The notes under the pieces are model-generated. The model did not search any database. It was not told the origin of the DNA and saw only the letters and a list, made by a program, of their open reading frames with translations. A stretch of 64,000 nt of DNA from Candidatus Woesebacteria bacterium (lineage in GTDB: Bacteria; Patescibacteriota; Microgenomatia; UBA8517), in NCBI GenBank assembly GCA_003484955.1, contig DMZH01000003.1:112387-176386 (forward strand), in the 5' to 3' direction. The translations under genes and the position numbers were made by a program. Shown one piece after another: positions 8,839 through 19,340 of this stretch. How positions within the stretch are numbered: position 1 is the first letter of the stretch; each line of letters opens with the position of its first letter.

Positions 8839-9592
8839 ATAATTTGTAGACAAAGACTCTCCAAGGAAAAATTACCACCGCATTAATTACACGCGCCACT
8901 CTCCTGGGCTCACTAATGAGCCTCCAAAGCCACTCAAGACCAAATTGAACCATCCATTTTGGCGGGAGTGGAGAAAGACCTCCAACATAACGGAAAGCCC
9001 CTCCTACGGCCATTGCGCCGCCAATACTCAGCTTTGAAAGGTTCCCATGAATCCAAATCTCCTGCTTGGGATTACCAAAGGCTACAAAAAGAAACTGAGG
9101 TTTGAATTCATTAATCCGAACAATTACTTCAGCTTCTATTTTTTTATCAATATCAGATATAGCTTTTGCGTCATTATCGAGTCTGGGCCCTTTATTGTAT
9201 TCAATTTTGAGGTTTGGGTCTTGAAGTTTGAGTTTTGAGGCTGCACGGGCAGCTTCATCATTAATTCCGCCCAGTAAAAATATTTTCCAGTTTTTCTTTT
9301 CGGCAAGTCTAATAAGTTCCATAAACAGTTCCCTGCCTTTAATAATTTCTAATTTAGGATCGGCCAATTTAAGACCTATTCCGTCCGGAATTGACAGGTT
9401 GGCCGAGTTAAGCGCAATTTTTAGTTTTTTATTCCTCTGAGCCATCAAAATGAGCTCAGGATTGGGTGTAACTATATAGAACCTATCATTATGGGATATT
9501 AAGTTCTCCACTCGTGCTAGCACTGAGGAAGTTGTTGTGCTATTTACATTAATTTCCATGATTTTGCCGGTTTCACGGACTTCTTTGGTCAT
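8831..9592 (-). CDS. WecB/TagA/CpsF family glycosyltransferase
   Basis: IVTPNPE, PDGIG, FVAFGNPKQEIWI, GLEWLWRL. Likely start MTKEV at 9592. Confidence 0.9.
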   Translation of the reverse strand: MTKEVRETGKIMEINVNSTTTSSVLARVENLISHNDRFYIVTPNPELILMAQRNKKLKIALNSANLSIPDGIGLKLADPKLEIIKGRELFMELIRLAEKKNWKIFLLGGINDEAARAASKLKLQDPNLKIEYNKGPRLDNDAKAISDIDKKIEAEVIVRINEFKPQFLFVAFGNPKQEIWIHGNLSKLSIGGAMAVGGAFRYVGGLSPLPPKWMVQFGLEWLWRLISEPRRVARVINAVVIFPWRVFVYKLFT

Positions 9593-10010
9593 TGTTATAG
9601 TATCTTTTAACATCTCAGGGTGATTATATATCTTATAGATTTTGTATAAAAATTGCTTTGCCTCATTTTTACCGCAGTCTATTATATCTTATATTTAATT
9701 GCAAATTATTACTTGTCAAATACTAATTACATCAAATACTACAGGAAATATTCTAAACAATTATTCTTTTCTTTTTACTTGGAATTGTGTATATTTTTTG
9801 TTCAATTTTCGATATTCAATTTCTGTCAGTTATCCTCAATCGACTAACATTTTATTTGATCTAGGTATAATCTTATTATAAGTCTTAACTATTGAAAATT
9901 TCACTATTGGAATTTCATTAAAAATTAGTTATTAGAAATTAGAAATTTTAAGTCTTATAATACAAAATATTCCCTATTTCTCCCTATACCCTATAACTAG
10001 GTACCTGTCA

Positions 10011-11018
10011 TCACCCTTTTGTTGTAACACTTCTTTTCCAAAGCTCTATGTTTTCCAAAACAAGCCCCGTTCCCCTGACAACACAAAGGAGTGGTTCATC
10101 GGCAACATGCGCAGGAACACCGGTTTCTTCGGTCATCAGCTTATCAAATCCACGAAGAAGCGAGGTTCCCCCGCTCATAATGATGCCTTTATCGATAATA
10201 TCCGCGGCAAGTTCGGGCGGAGTATCCTCTAGAACCCCTTTTACGGCATTTATCACTTGCATTAAAATAGGCCTAATAGCCTCGGTAACCTCGTTTGAGG
10301 TAAGGATTATTGTTCTTGGAAGCCCAAAGACAAGATCTCGGCCTGAAATTTCCAGTTTTTCCACTTTCGGGGTGGTTACGGCTGAGCCTATTTTCAGTTT
10401 TATGTCTTCTGACGTTTGATCCCCGATAATTAAATTGTGCTTCTTTTTAAGATAGTTTTGGATTGCCTCATCGATTTTGTTGCCGGCAACGCGGGCCGAT
10501 TTATGAATAACAACCCCGCCAAGAGAGATAACCGCAGCCTCAGTTGAGCCTCCTCCGATATCTACAATCATATGTCCCGATGGTGCCGAGACGGGAATCT
10601 GAGCCCCAATCGCGGCAGCTAAAGGTTCATCTATAAGGTATGCATGCGATGCCCCGGCAGAGAGAGTGGCATCAAGAGCCGCACGGCGTTCTACTTGGGT
10701 ACATCCTGCAGGCACGCAAACCATGACATCGGGCTTAAAAAATTGAAATCTCCCCACAACTTTACCTATAAAATATCTGAGCATTGCCTCCGTTACCTGG
10801 TAGTCGGCAATCACCCCATCTCTCATGGGGCGGCTGGCAATAAGAGCTTCCGGAGTCCTTCCCAACATTTTTTTAGCTTCTTCTCCCACGGCTACTACTT
10901 TATTGTCGTCTGCAGAAATGGCTACAACTGTAGGTTCATTTACTACCAAACCCTCTCCGGCAACCCAAACAAGGGTATTGGCAGTTCCCAAGTCTATGGC
11001 AATATTTTTACGAAGCAT
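10011..11018 (-). CDS. mreB: Rod shape-determining actin-like protein
   Basis: IAIDLGTANTL, EPLAAAIGA, DIGGGSTE, TPPELAADI. Confidence 0.96.
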   Translation of the reverse strand: MLRKNIAIDLGTANTLVWVAGEGLVVNEPTVVAISADDNKVVAVGEEAKKMLGRTPEALIASRPMRDGVIADYQVTEAMLRYFIGKVVGRFQFFKPDVMVCVPAGCTQVERRAALDATLSAGASHAYLIDEPLAAAIGAQIPVSAPSGHMIVDIGGGSTEAAVISLGGVVIHKSARVAGNKIDEAIQNYLKKKHNLIIGDQTSEDIKLKIGSAVTTPKVEKLEISGRDLVFGLPRTIILTSNEVTEAIRPILMQVINAVKGVLEDTPPELAADIIDKGIIMSGGTSLLRGFDKLMTEETGVPAHVADEPLLCVVRGTGLVLENIELWKRSVTTKG

Positions 11019-11093
11019 AAGTGAGTAGATTATAGCAGATTCAAGAAGGCTCTAAATTACAAGTAGTCTCGAATCCTGATATAATACACCTAC

Positions 11094-12296
11094 ATGACAA
11101 AAATAAGGGTTTTCTTTTTTATTGTCACTTTAATCATTGTCGGAAGCATTGGAATGTTTGCGACATATTACGCCAGAGGCTACAGATTTGATTTTAAGGC
11201 GCTTAAATTCCAACCGAATGGTATTCTTGTTCTGAAATCCGAGCCTGATGGCGCTTCCGTGTATATTAATGGTGAGCTCAAAACCGCCACCAATGCTAAT
11301 CTCTCAATTGCCCCGGGAACTTATGATGTCGAAGTCAAAAAAGATGGTTATTTTGGCTGGTATAAGAGGCTGACAATTGAAAAAGAGATCGTAACACAGG
11401 CTTCAATTTCACTTTTTAAAAATGTCCCCTCACTCTCGCCCGTCACTTCATCGGGAGCCATCAATACAATTATTTCTGAGGACGGATCAAAAATTGTTTA
11501 CAGCGTTCTGCCATCAAAAAATTTAAGTGATGATAAAGTCGGCCTTTGGGCACTTGATACTTTTAGTTTGCCTCTTGGTTTTGATACCGGACCAAAAAGG
11601 ATAGCTGACGGAGACATGACTGACGCAACTTATGTCTTTTCCCCCAATGGCAGACAGTTACTTTTAACAGTATCAAACGGTATATTTCTAATAGATACAG
11701 GATCATTTACATCCCAAAATCAAAGAGTAAATGTCGCTGTTCGTAAAAACGAGATTCTTACCGGATGGAGCACGGAAAAAGAAAACACCAACCAAAGTAT
11801 TATTAAAAATCTACCACTGGGCCTTATTGACATTCTTTCCAGGAAATCATCGGTTTTTATTTTTTCACCTGACGACAATATGATTCTGTACTCCGCAAGC
11901 TCCTCGGCCATACTGGCAAGCAATTTAATCAAACCCCTACCCGGAGCCTCAACTCAAACTCAGGAAAGAAACATAGAACCCGGCCGCACCTATGTTTATG
12001 ATATAAAAGAAGACCGCAACTTTCTAATAACGGATCAGCCTGTTACGATCAATAACAATGACAAAACCCAAATTCCGGCCTTAAGGTGGATGTCCACCAG
12101 CAAACATTTGCTCTGGGGAGGACAAGGCCAGGTTGTCATTATGGATTACGACGGAATGAATAGGCAAACTGTTTATTCAGGATCATATACCATGCCATCA
12201 ATTTTTCCTTTTTCAAACACGACAAAACTTTTAATCCTTACAAACCTAGGATCACCGGATTCAGCGGCAAATCTTTATACCCTGACAGTAAAATAA
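11094..12296 (+). CDS. Membrane-anchored PEGA-domain protein
   Basis: N-terminal TM; 'SEPDGASVYING...PGTYDVEVKKDGY' PEGA motif followed by propeller-like repeats. Confidence 0.8.
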   Translation: MTKIRVFFFIVTLIIVGSIGMFATYYARGYRFDFKALKFQPNGILVLKSEPDGASVYINGELKTATNANLSIAPGTYDVEVKKDGYFGWYKRLTIEKEIVTQASISLFKNVPSLSPVTSSGAINTIISEDGSKIVYSVLPSKNLSDDKVGLWALDTFSLPLGFDTGPKRIADGDMTDATYVFSPNGRQLLLTVSNGIFLIDTGSFTSQNQRVNVAVRKNEILTGWSTEKENTNQSIIKNLPLGLIDILSRKSSVFIFSPDDNMILYSASSSAILASNLIKPLPGASTQTQERNIEPGRTYVYDIKEDRNFLITDQPVTINNNDKTQIPALRWMSTSKHLLWGGQGQVVIMDYDGMNRQTVYSGSYTMPSIFPFSNTTKLLILTNLGSPDSAANLYTLTVK

Positions 12297-12403
12297 CTGA
12301 CATCGTAAATACGTCCCATGCCGTATAAGAATCAAAAAAGGAGGTAATATGTTAAAATACCTCCAGGCAATAAATAATAGAGTTACGGAGCTTTACTCAA
12401 GAA

Positions 12404-12475
12404 GTCCTCATAGTTCAACGGATAGAACGGAGGTTTCCTAAACCTTAAATCCAGGTTCGATTCCTGGTGGGGACA
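12404..12475 (+). tRNA. tRNA-Arg (CCT)
   Basis: Cloverleaf: GTCCTCA/TGGGGAC acceptor, anticodon loop TT-CCT-AA, T arm CCAGG-TTCGATT-CCTGG. Confidence 0.93.
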
Positions 12476-12486
12476 CAAAAAATTTA

Positions 12487-12561
12487 CGGAGTGTAGGTCA
12501 TCGGTAGACCGCCGCGTTCGGGTCGCGGAAGCAGACGGTTCAATTCCGTCCACTCCGACCA
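12487..12561 (+). tRNA. tRNA-Pro (CGG)
   Basis: CGGAGTG/CACTCCG acceptor, CCGCG-TTCGGGT-CGCGG anticodon arm, encoded CCA. Confidence 0.93.
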
Positions 12562-12570
12562 AAGTCAGGT

Positions 12571-13032
12571 TTACAATTCTTCCTTGGAGTAAATCAGGAA
12601 ATCGGTTGCGCTGTCGTATTCAAAGATTTCATCACCGTTAAAGATTAAGCCTAATTCTTTCTCTGCAGACTCAGGTGAATCTGAAGCGTGAATTATATTT
12701 TGTGAACCGCTCATACCAAAGTCTCCCCTGACTGATCCGGCCTCAGCTTCTCTTGCTTTAGTAATACCAACAATTTTCCTGACGGCGGCAATTGCTTCAA
12801 TCCCCTCCCAGACCATGGCAACAACCGGAGTCCACTCCATAAAGCTTTTGAGTGTGGCAAAAAAAGGTTTATCCTTGTGGTGAGCATACCAATTATCCAA
12901 TATTTCATCCGTCAATCTGATCATCTTAATTCCCACCAGTTTCATGCCCTTTCTCTCGAAACGATGCATAATTTCCCCTACCAGTCCCCTTTGAAGCCCA
13001 TCCGGTTTAATAAGTACTACCGTTCTTTCCAT
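12571..13032 (-). CDS. ndk: Nucleoside-diphosphate kinase
   Basis: MERTVVLIKPDG, RGDFG, NIIHASDS. Confidence 0.96.
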   Translation of the reverse strand: MERTVVLIKPDGLQRGLVGEIMHRFERKGMKLVGIKMIRLTDEILDNWYAHHKDKPFFATLKSFMEWTPVVAMVWEGIEAIAAVRKIVGITKAREAEAGSVRGDFGMSGSQNIIHASDSPESAEKELGLIFNGDEIFEYDSATDFLIYSKEEL

Positions 13033-13033
13033 A

Positions 13034-14308
13034 TTATTTGATCAATTGTACAAATTTTTCTTTGTCTTTAAAAGGTCCAATTATGGCCAAATTGAGGCGT
13101 TTAGGAACAAAAAGTTTTTTGGCTTCAGAGTTAATATCGGCAATGGTGACTTCATCAACTTTTTTGTAAATTTCCTCCGGTGTGAGGCACTTACCCAAGA
13201 AAAGTTCCTGGTCACCAAAAAATCCGCTGACATCTCTCGTATCCTCAAGAGCCAAAGCCAGATTGCCTTTTAGAAAACCCTTAGCTTTGACCAATTCCTC
13301 TTTTGTGACCGGATAAATACCTTGCGCAAGACCATAACACTGATCTAAAATTACCTTAACGGCTTCGTCGGTTTTTTCTACATTCACTCCTGCATATGTA
13401 CTCATATAACCAATCTCTTGATACCTCTCAAAACCGGTTCTGACCGAATAAGCCAAACCGCGCCTCTCACGGACCTCAATAAAAAGTCTGGAGCTCATTC
13501 CCCCGCCCAAGATCACCGATAGAAGGCTTTGTGCAAATCTCTGTTTGTAATCCCTCCCCTCACCTATAAAACCCAGGATTAGGTGAGCCTGTTCGCTTTT
13601 TTTAGTTTGGAGTTTGAACCGGGGTTTTGTCTGTCCCGATCTATAGAATTTGGTTTTGAATTTTGATTTTTGTGATTTGAAATTTCCAAAATACTTTTCG
13701 ACAAGTTTTAAGACACTCTTTTCCTCAATTCCTCCGGCAACAGTTACTAGCATATTTTCGGGATAATAATGAACTTTACGGTAATTTAAAAAGTCCGATC
13801 TTTCAATTCCGCGAACGGATTTTTCGGTCCCAGCAGTATCCCTGCCCAAAGGATTTCCTTCAAAAACCAATTCCTCAAAGACATCTCCTATATGCATCAT
13901 CGGAGTATCCTCATACATTTTGATTTCCTGAACAATTGTGCCTTTTTCCCTCTCAATTTCTTCAGATTTAATAAGCGGGTTTAAAACCATGTCGGATAAT
14001 ACATCCATTGCGGTTTCGAGATTGGCCTTACCGGCTTTGATATAAAAATTTGTCCAATCTTTACTGGTTGCCGCATTAAATTCTCCTCCAATAGCATCAA
14101 CCGCTTGAGAAATATCTCGGGCACTGGGACGCTTGACACTGCCTTTGAAAACCATATGTTCCATAAAATGACTTAATCCGCTGGTTTTCGCATCCTCGTT
14201 GCGGCTTCCTGTTTTAACCCAGATTGCAACGGTTACCGATTCAAGACTTGGCATGGGCACAGTCAGAATCCTGAGACCGGAGTTTAATTTATGAAGTGTA
14301 TAGTCCAT
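13034..14308 (-). CDS. M16 family zinc peptidase
   Basis: HFMEH inverted zinc motif, NAATS, SSRLFIEVRERRGLAY. Confidence 0.93.
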   Translation of the reverse strand: MDYTLHKLNSGLRILTVPMPSLESVTVAIWVKTGSRNEDAKTSGLSHFMEHMVFKGSVKRPSARDISQAVDAIGGEFNAATSKDWTNFYIKAGKANLETAMDVLSDMVLNPLIKSEEIEREKGTIVQEIKMYEDTPMMHIGDVFEELVFEGNPLGRDTAGTEKSVRGIERSDFLNYRKVHYYPENMLVTVAGGIEEKSVLKLVEKYFGNFKSQKSKFKTKFYRSGQTKPRFKLQTKKSEQAHLILGFIGEGRDYKQRFAQSLLSVILGGGMSSRLFIEVRERRGLAYSVRTGFERYQEIGYMSTYAGVNVEKTDEAVKVILDQCYGLAQGIYPVTKEELVKAKGFLKGNLALALEDTRDVSGFFGDQELFLGKCLTPEEIYKKVDEVTIADINSEAKKLFVPKRLNLAIIGPFKDKEKFVQLIK

Positions 14309-14393
14309 CTGTGACTCAAAGATTGTAATTCAGTTTTAAATAATCTTCAATACCCGACTCGCGGTTTTCTTGTATTTATTATAGAATAAATTA

Positions 14394-14948
14394 ATGCCGT
14401 TAAATCACATAAAAAGATCCCGCCATATAATAAGAAGTTTTGAGGCCCAGGAACTCAAAAAGAGGCCATTTATTGTAAAGGTTGTGGATGCACTTACAAC
14501 AAGCTTCGGTACGATTGCTTTTCTCCTGGGCAACCTCATCATCTACGGGTTTTGGATTTTGGCTAATACAGGGAAAATTCCCGGTATTCCAATAATCGAT
14601 CCTTACCCCTACTCTTTTATGAATTCATTTGTCTCCATTGAGGCCATTTTTCTTTCGATAATAGTACTTATGAGTCAAAACAGGGAGAATCAAAGAGATA
14701 CTCTGAGAAGTGAGCTTGGGCTTCAAGTCGAGCTTATATCCGAGAAAGAAATTACCAAGATACTGGATCTTCTCAGAGAAATCCTTGAAAATCAAAAGAA
14801 TCACAAGCATGATTCGGAGTTGGAAGAAATGACCGAAGAGTTGGACGCTGGCTATATTGAAAGAAAGCTCATCGAACAGCTGGAAAACTCGGAAGGACAA
14901 CCGATTGTAGAACTGAAAGAGAAAATCAAAGAAAGGATAATTAAATAA
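14394..14948 (+). CDS. DUF1003-like membrane protein
   Basis: DPYPY, EAIFLSIIVLMSQNR. Confidence 0.8.
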   Translation: MPLNHIKRSRHIIRSFEAQELKKRPFIVKVVDALTTSFGTIAFLLGNLIIYGFWILANTGKIPGIPIIDPYPYSFMNSFVSIEAIFLSIIVLMSQNRENQRDTLRSELGLQVELISEKEITKILDLLREILENQKNHKHDSELEEMTEELDAGYIERKLIEQLENSEGQPIVELKEKIKERIIK

Positions 14949-14950
14949 GT

Positions 14951-16621
14951 CTACATTCTCTCCGGAGATGTAATTCCAAGAAGCTTCAGTCCGTTCTTCA
15001 GAACCTGGCCAACCCCAAAAGTTAACGCAAGCCTAAAATCTTCGTTTTCCCCACCGATAATTTTGTCCTTGTTATAAAAGCCGTTATATTTCGAGGCCAG
15101 ATCATAAATATAATTACAAATAAGGTTCGGCGCAAAAGACTCTGCAGCCTTTTCAACGGTTTCCGGAAACTTAATCAGAGTTCTCAAAATTGAAGTCTCT
15201 TCACTATCTAAATTACTATAATCGGCCTCCAAGGATAGTCCTTTAAAGTTGGCTTTTGCAAGAACACTGTTGCAACGCGCTACCGTATATTGGAGATAGG
15301 GACCACTGTTACCCTCCAGATTCATCATCTTTTCCCAGTCAAATACAACATTGCTTGTAACAGAATGCATTAAATCAAAATACTTAATTGCACCAATCCC
15401 CACATCTTTTGCCGTACCCTTATTGTTTCCAAGTTTTTCGGCTCTTTCGATAGCCTCACTAAGAACATCCTCCAATTTGATGGTTTTTCCCTTTCTTGTA
15501 GAAAACTTCTTACCATCGGGTGCCAGATAAAGCCCATGGGCGGTGTGTGCTAATTTTACAGAATCTTTAACTAGCCCTAAAAGCTTGGCTGCAGCAAAAA
15601 TTTGTTGGAAATACAGGCTTTGTTCGGCACCAACCTCATACACCATAACCGACGGGTCCCATTTTCTCACCCTGAATTTTATAGTTGCCAAATCACGAGT
15701 AGCGTAAGTTGTTGCCCCATCGCTTTTCAGAAACATTAAAGGTGTTTTTATACCTTCTTTTGACAAATCTATTACCAATGCCCCCTCATCTCCCTTGATA
15801 ACATACTTTTTTATATCTGAATCGTTTAACATTTGCTTCATTTCACTTTCATAATAAGATTCACCGAAAGCAAAATCCGTTTTTATTCCAAGCGTTTCAT
15901 AAATCCTGTCAAATTCAGCTATAGAAACATCTACGCATTTTTGCCAAATCTTTTTTGCCTCGGGATCCCCTTGTTCAAGCTTTTTAAAGCACTCTCTGGC
16001 TTTTTCTTCCAAATCGGGATCTTTCTCTGCCATCTTGTGGAATTCAACATAGAGTTTTTCCAAAGTTTCAATGGACAAATCGGCCGGTTTCTCGGTTTCA
16101 ATCATGTAGATGAGCTTTCCAAACTGCGTTCCCCAATCACCCAAGTGGTTATCCCCCACGACTTCATAACCCAAAGCTTTATAAAGGTTGTAAAGCGCTT
16201 GTCCAATTATGGTCGAGCGAAGATGCCCGATACCGAATGGTTTGGCAATATTTGGGGATGAATAATCAACTATTACAGTTTTTCCTTTACCAATGTTTGA
16301 TTTACCAAAATCAGATTTTGCTATATCAATTTGTTTCAAAGTATTAATTAATATATCTTTTTTCAGCCAAAAGTTTATAAATCCAGGGCCGGCTATTTCA
16401 ATTTTTTCAATAATTTCTGAGAGATCTTTATTTTTTTGAAGTTTAGACAGAATTTCTTCTGCCAGTTTTCTGGGGCTTTCTTCTTTTTCTTTTGCTAATA
16501 CCAAAGCAGAGTTTGTGGAGTAATCTCCGAAGGCTTCATTTTCCGGAGACTCGATATCAACTTCCTCGAGTCCGGTAACTTCATGTAAAGTTTTTAAAAT
16601 TCGATCCTTTATATCGGCCAT
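14951..16621 (-). CDS. argS: Arginine--tRNA ligase
   Basis: FGDYSTN, DYSSPNIAKPFGIGHLRST, KFSTRKG, C-terminal PERM. Confidence 0.97.
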   Translation of the reverse strand: MADIKDRILKTLHEVTGLEEVDIESPENEAFGDYSTNSALVLAKEKEESPRKLAEEILSKLQKNKDLSEIIEKIEIAGPGFINFWLKKDILINTLKQIDIAKSDFGKSNIGKGKTVIVDYSSPNIAKPFGIGHLRSTIIGQALYNLYKALGYEVVGDNHLGDWGTQFGKLIYMIETEKPADLSIETLEKLYVEFHKMAEKDPDLEEKARECFKKLEQGDPEAKKIWQKCVDVSIAEFDRIYETLGIKTDFAFGESYYESEMKQMLNDSDIKKYVIKGDEGALVIDLSKEGIKTPLMFLKSDGATTYATRDLATIKFRVRKWDPSVMVYEVGAEQSLYFQQIFAAAKLLGLVKDSVKLAHTAHGLYLAPDGKKFSTRKGKTIKLEDVLSEAIERAEKLGNNKGTAKDVGIGAIKYFDLMHSVTSNVVFDWEKMMNLEGNSGPYLQYTVARCNSVLAKANFKGLSLEADYSNLDSEETSILRTLIKFPETVEKAAESFAPNLICNYIYDLASKYNGFYNKDKIIGGENEDFRLALTFGVGQVLKNGLKLLGITSPERM

Positions 16622-16693
16622 AGTTTATTTTAACAGTATTTTCCCAAACTTGTTAAATTAAAATATAATTTAAAAGTATAACTGGCCTGAAAT

Positions 16694-17572
16694 TTACTCC
16701 ACCCAATACTTATCTCCGTCTGTTACTATTTCAATATCCCCCATTTGGTCGGTCTTTAAAATTTTAACATTATATTTAGCCAACATCTCCAAAATCTCGG
16801 GTCTGGGAAATCCCCATGGATTTTTACCCAGCGAGATTACCGCAACTTTAGGCATAACCACCTTGAGGAGATTCTCTGTAAGCCCATTGACGCTACCATG
16901 ATGAGGTATTTTGATGTAGTTAACGGTTCCTATACCTGGGTCTCCTGCCAACCTGTCGGAAACTTCAGGAGGCATATCCCCCGAGAATAGCCCGGTAAAA
17001 TTTTTGAAGCTAAGTTTATAAACAACCGAGTATAAATTCGTTTCCTTTTCGATGCTGTATTTGGCAAGTTTATCATTATCATTCTCAATAGTCAGCTGAC
17101 TCAATAATATATCTGTTGGGTTAAAGATATCTAAATGTATCAAACCAATACCTAGTTCCATGCCTGCAACGGGATTCACGACAGGTATACTCCTACCCCC
17201 CACCTCCTTTTTTAGCGCTTTATATACTTGAGTGCCAGGATTGATTGGATTTATGAGTATTTCATCTACATCATAATTTTGAAGTACATCGACAAGTCCG
17301 GTTGAGTGATCGGAGTCGGGATGGCTCGAAATAACCAATTCAATTTCCCTATCCCAAAATGGCATATACCGTCCAAGGCAAGTCATGACACTTTTATCAG
17401 GTCCGCCATCATTCAATATCTGCGTTTCGCCATAAGTAATTAAAATTGCATCCCCTTGTCCCACATTGCAGGCGATTATGTGCAGGTTTCTGTCCGGACT
17501 TTGAATTATGGCAAGGACAATACCCGTTAAAATCAAAAGCAGAATGGTAAATGTGTACTTCCAAAGCTTCAT
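16694..17572 (-). CDS. ComEC/Rec2-type metallo-beta-lactamase domain protein (stand-alone)
   Basis: NVGQGDAIL, SHPDSDHSTG, KIPHHGS; directly downstream of comEC. Confidence 0.88.
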   Translation of the reverse strand: MKLWKYTFTILLLILTGIVLAIIQSPDRNLHIIACNVGQGDAILITYGETQILNDGGPDKSVMTCLGRYMPFWDREIELVISSHPDSDHSTGLVDVLQNYDVDEILINPINPGTQVYKALKKEVGGRSIPVVNPVAGMELGIGLIHLDIFNPTDILLSQLTIENDNDKLAKYSIEKETNLYSVVYKLSFKNFTGLFSGDMPPEVSDRLAGDPGIGTVNYIKIPHHGSVNGLTENLLKVVMPKVAVISLGKNPWGFPRPEILEMLAKYNVKILKTDQMGDIEIVTDGDKYWVE

Positions 17573-17573
17573 A

Positions 17574-18629
17574 TCAGAAAATCTCAACTATTTTGGCAAA
17601 CCACCAAGTCAGAGGATAGCATACATATAGTATTAGTTTACCGAGGGCCGGCAAAACGAGTCCCAACATTCCCCCTAAAACACCAAAAATCATAATATAT
17701 GGCACCGTCCAAAGAACAAGCGCATTAATTATTGGCGAAAGTATGTTAAATTGTCCAAAAGTAACAAAAAGTATCGGCGCAACCCCGATTTGAGCCGCAA
17801 ATGAGGTTGAAAAGCCTTCCTTCAATACTTTAGGTATAAATTTTAGCCGTTTGGCAATCCTTTTTTCAAAAACCATGATTGAAGCGGTGGAAACAAAAGA
17901 CAAAATGAAGCCGATGTCCCCTATCCAGGAAGGTTCCACTGCAAGCATAATACCTGCGGCAAAAAACAGGTTTCTCCAAGCACTAAGAAGTCTGCCGGAG
18001 CTTTCTGCCCAAAAAGCCAAGAAGGCCATGATTGCTGCCCTTATTAAAGGTGCTTCAAAACCTGAAAGAAACAGATACAAAATAATACTTAATATAACAA
18101 TAGGTTTCGCCTTTTTTCTGGACAGGAAAATATTTGTTACTCCGAAAATAAACGAAATAACAAAAGTAACATTAGTTCCCGATGCAACAATTACATGAGC
18201 AACCCCCGTACTTTTTACTTTGTTCCAAAAATCGCCGGTCAGGGTTCCTTTACTTCCCAAAGTTATACCGGCAACAAGCCCCGACATTGGTTGGGGTAAA
18301 ACTTTTTGGTAAAAATCGATAATCTTAGCTCTTACCCGAGATCCAAACCCCACAAAAGAATTAACCGAAAGCAGTTTTGCATTTTTTAGTTTTCCGCCGT
18401 CAACTGTTCCTTCAACCACAACTATACTTCCGTAATACACCTCGGGGAAATTTGGTAAGGAAACTTTTAATCCCGCAACGGTAAAAGTTTGATAATTGCC
18501 GTAAACCAAGGGATCCGAAAAGACTGTTGCTGTTATCCGAATGGTATCACCATTTTTATAAGCCGGACGGGTCGTAAAGTAACGGAAAATTATTAGTAAA
18601 ATCAATAAAAGCCAAACAAAGTACTTCAT
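17574..18629 (-). CDS. comEC: Competence channel protein ComEC (membrane domain)
   Basis: GVAHVIVASGTNV, PLIRAAIM, GFILSF; multiple TMs. Confidence 0.9.
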   Translation of the reverse strand: MKYFVWLLLILLIIFRYFTTRPAYKNGDTIRITATVFSDPLVYGNYQTFTVAGLKVSLPNFPEVYYGSIVVVEGTVDGGKLKNAKLLSVNSFVGFGSRVRAKIIDFYQKVLPQPMSGLVAGITLGSKGTLTGDFWNKVKSTGVAHVIVASGTNVTFVISFIFGVTNIFLSRKKAKPIVILSIILYLFLSGFEAPLIRAAIMAFLAFWAESSGRLLSAWRNLFFAAGIMLAVEPSWIGDIGFILSFVSTASIMVFEKRIAKRLKFIPKVLKEGFSTSFAAQIGVAPILFVTFGQFNILSPIINALVLWTVPYIMIFGVLGGMLGLVLPALGKLILYVCYPLTWWFAKIVEIF

Positions 18630-18681
18630 GAATTACTAATATGAGCATTGGTTATTCATTAGATAATTTTAAAATTAGAAA

Positions 18682-19323
18682 TTAATAGACCGTTATGTTG
18701 TTTTTAATCTTTTCGTATAATGTTTGGGTGATTGCCCCACTAGTTACCAGATCTTCCGGTTTTGAGTACGGACGGTGTTCAGTAATCTTTTGGGCGTAAG
18801 TAGGGCCAATTCCGGGCAACGAATCAAGGTCTTGAAGGGTCGCTGTATTGATGTTTACTAATGCATTACTATCGGTTGAAAAACTTGATGATACACTTTG
18901 ATCCCCTACTGTGGTTTTAGCACTTAAGACATTTGAGTGCTCACTAACCGACGGTATATAAATCTTTTGTCCATCAGTGAGTTTTGCTGCCCTGTTTAAA
19001 TATTTGTCTGCCCAAACCCTATCGGCATCAACAGAAAAACCGCCGGAGGCAATTAATAAATCGTCTATCCGACTTCCAGGAGAAAGTTTATAAACTCCGG
19101 GAATTATCACCTCCCCTGAAATTTCCGCGGTAATTTCAGATGTTGCTCCCCCCTCCGAAGAAGTCTGTAAAATTTCCACTTTTGTTGATGAAAAATTCAA
19201 TGATTTTTTAAAAAATAAAAAGCCGGCACTAATCAAAATAATTCCTATCAGAGCAATTAATAGGTGATAGCGATATTTTAGAAGAAACCCGTCAAAATAA
19301 AACTTTTGGGGCAAGTTCTCCAT
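18682..19323 (-). CDS. comEA: Competence DNA receptor ComEA (SLBB plus helix-hairpin-helix)
   Basis: GEVIIPGVYKL, VNINTATLQDLDSLPGIGP. Confidence 0.92.
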   Translation of the reverse strand: MENLPQKFYFDGFLLKYRYHLLIALIGIILISAGFLFFKKSLNFSSTKVEILQTSSEGGATSEITAEISGEVIIPGVYKLSPGSRIDDLLIASGGFSVDADRVWADKYLNRAAKLTDGQKIYIPSVSEHSNVLSAKTTVGDQSVSSSFSTDSNALVNINTATLQDLDSLPGIGPTYAQKITEHRPYSKPEDLVTSGAITQTLYEKIKNNITVY

Positions 19324-19340
19324 TTTTTATAAAGTAGTTA

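Noticed and set aside
9614-10010. Replication origin in the AT-rich spacer
   Set aside because: Only one near-match DnaA box (TTATCCTCA) and no dnaA/dnaN nearby; heptamer-like low-complexity sequence explains it better.
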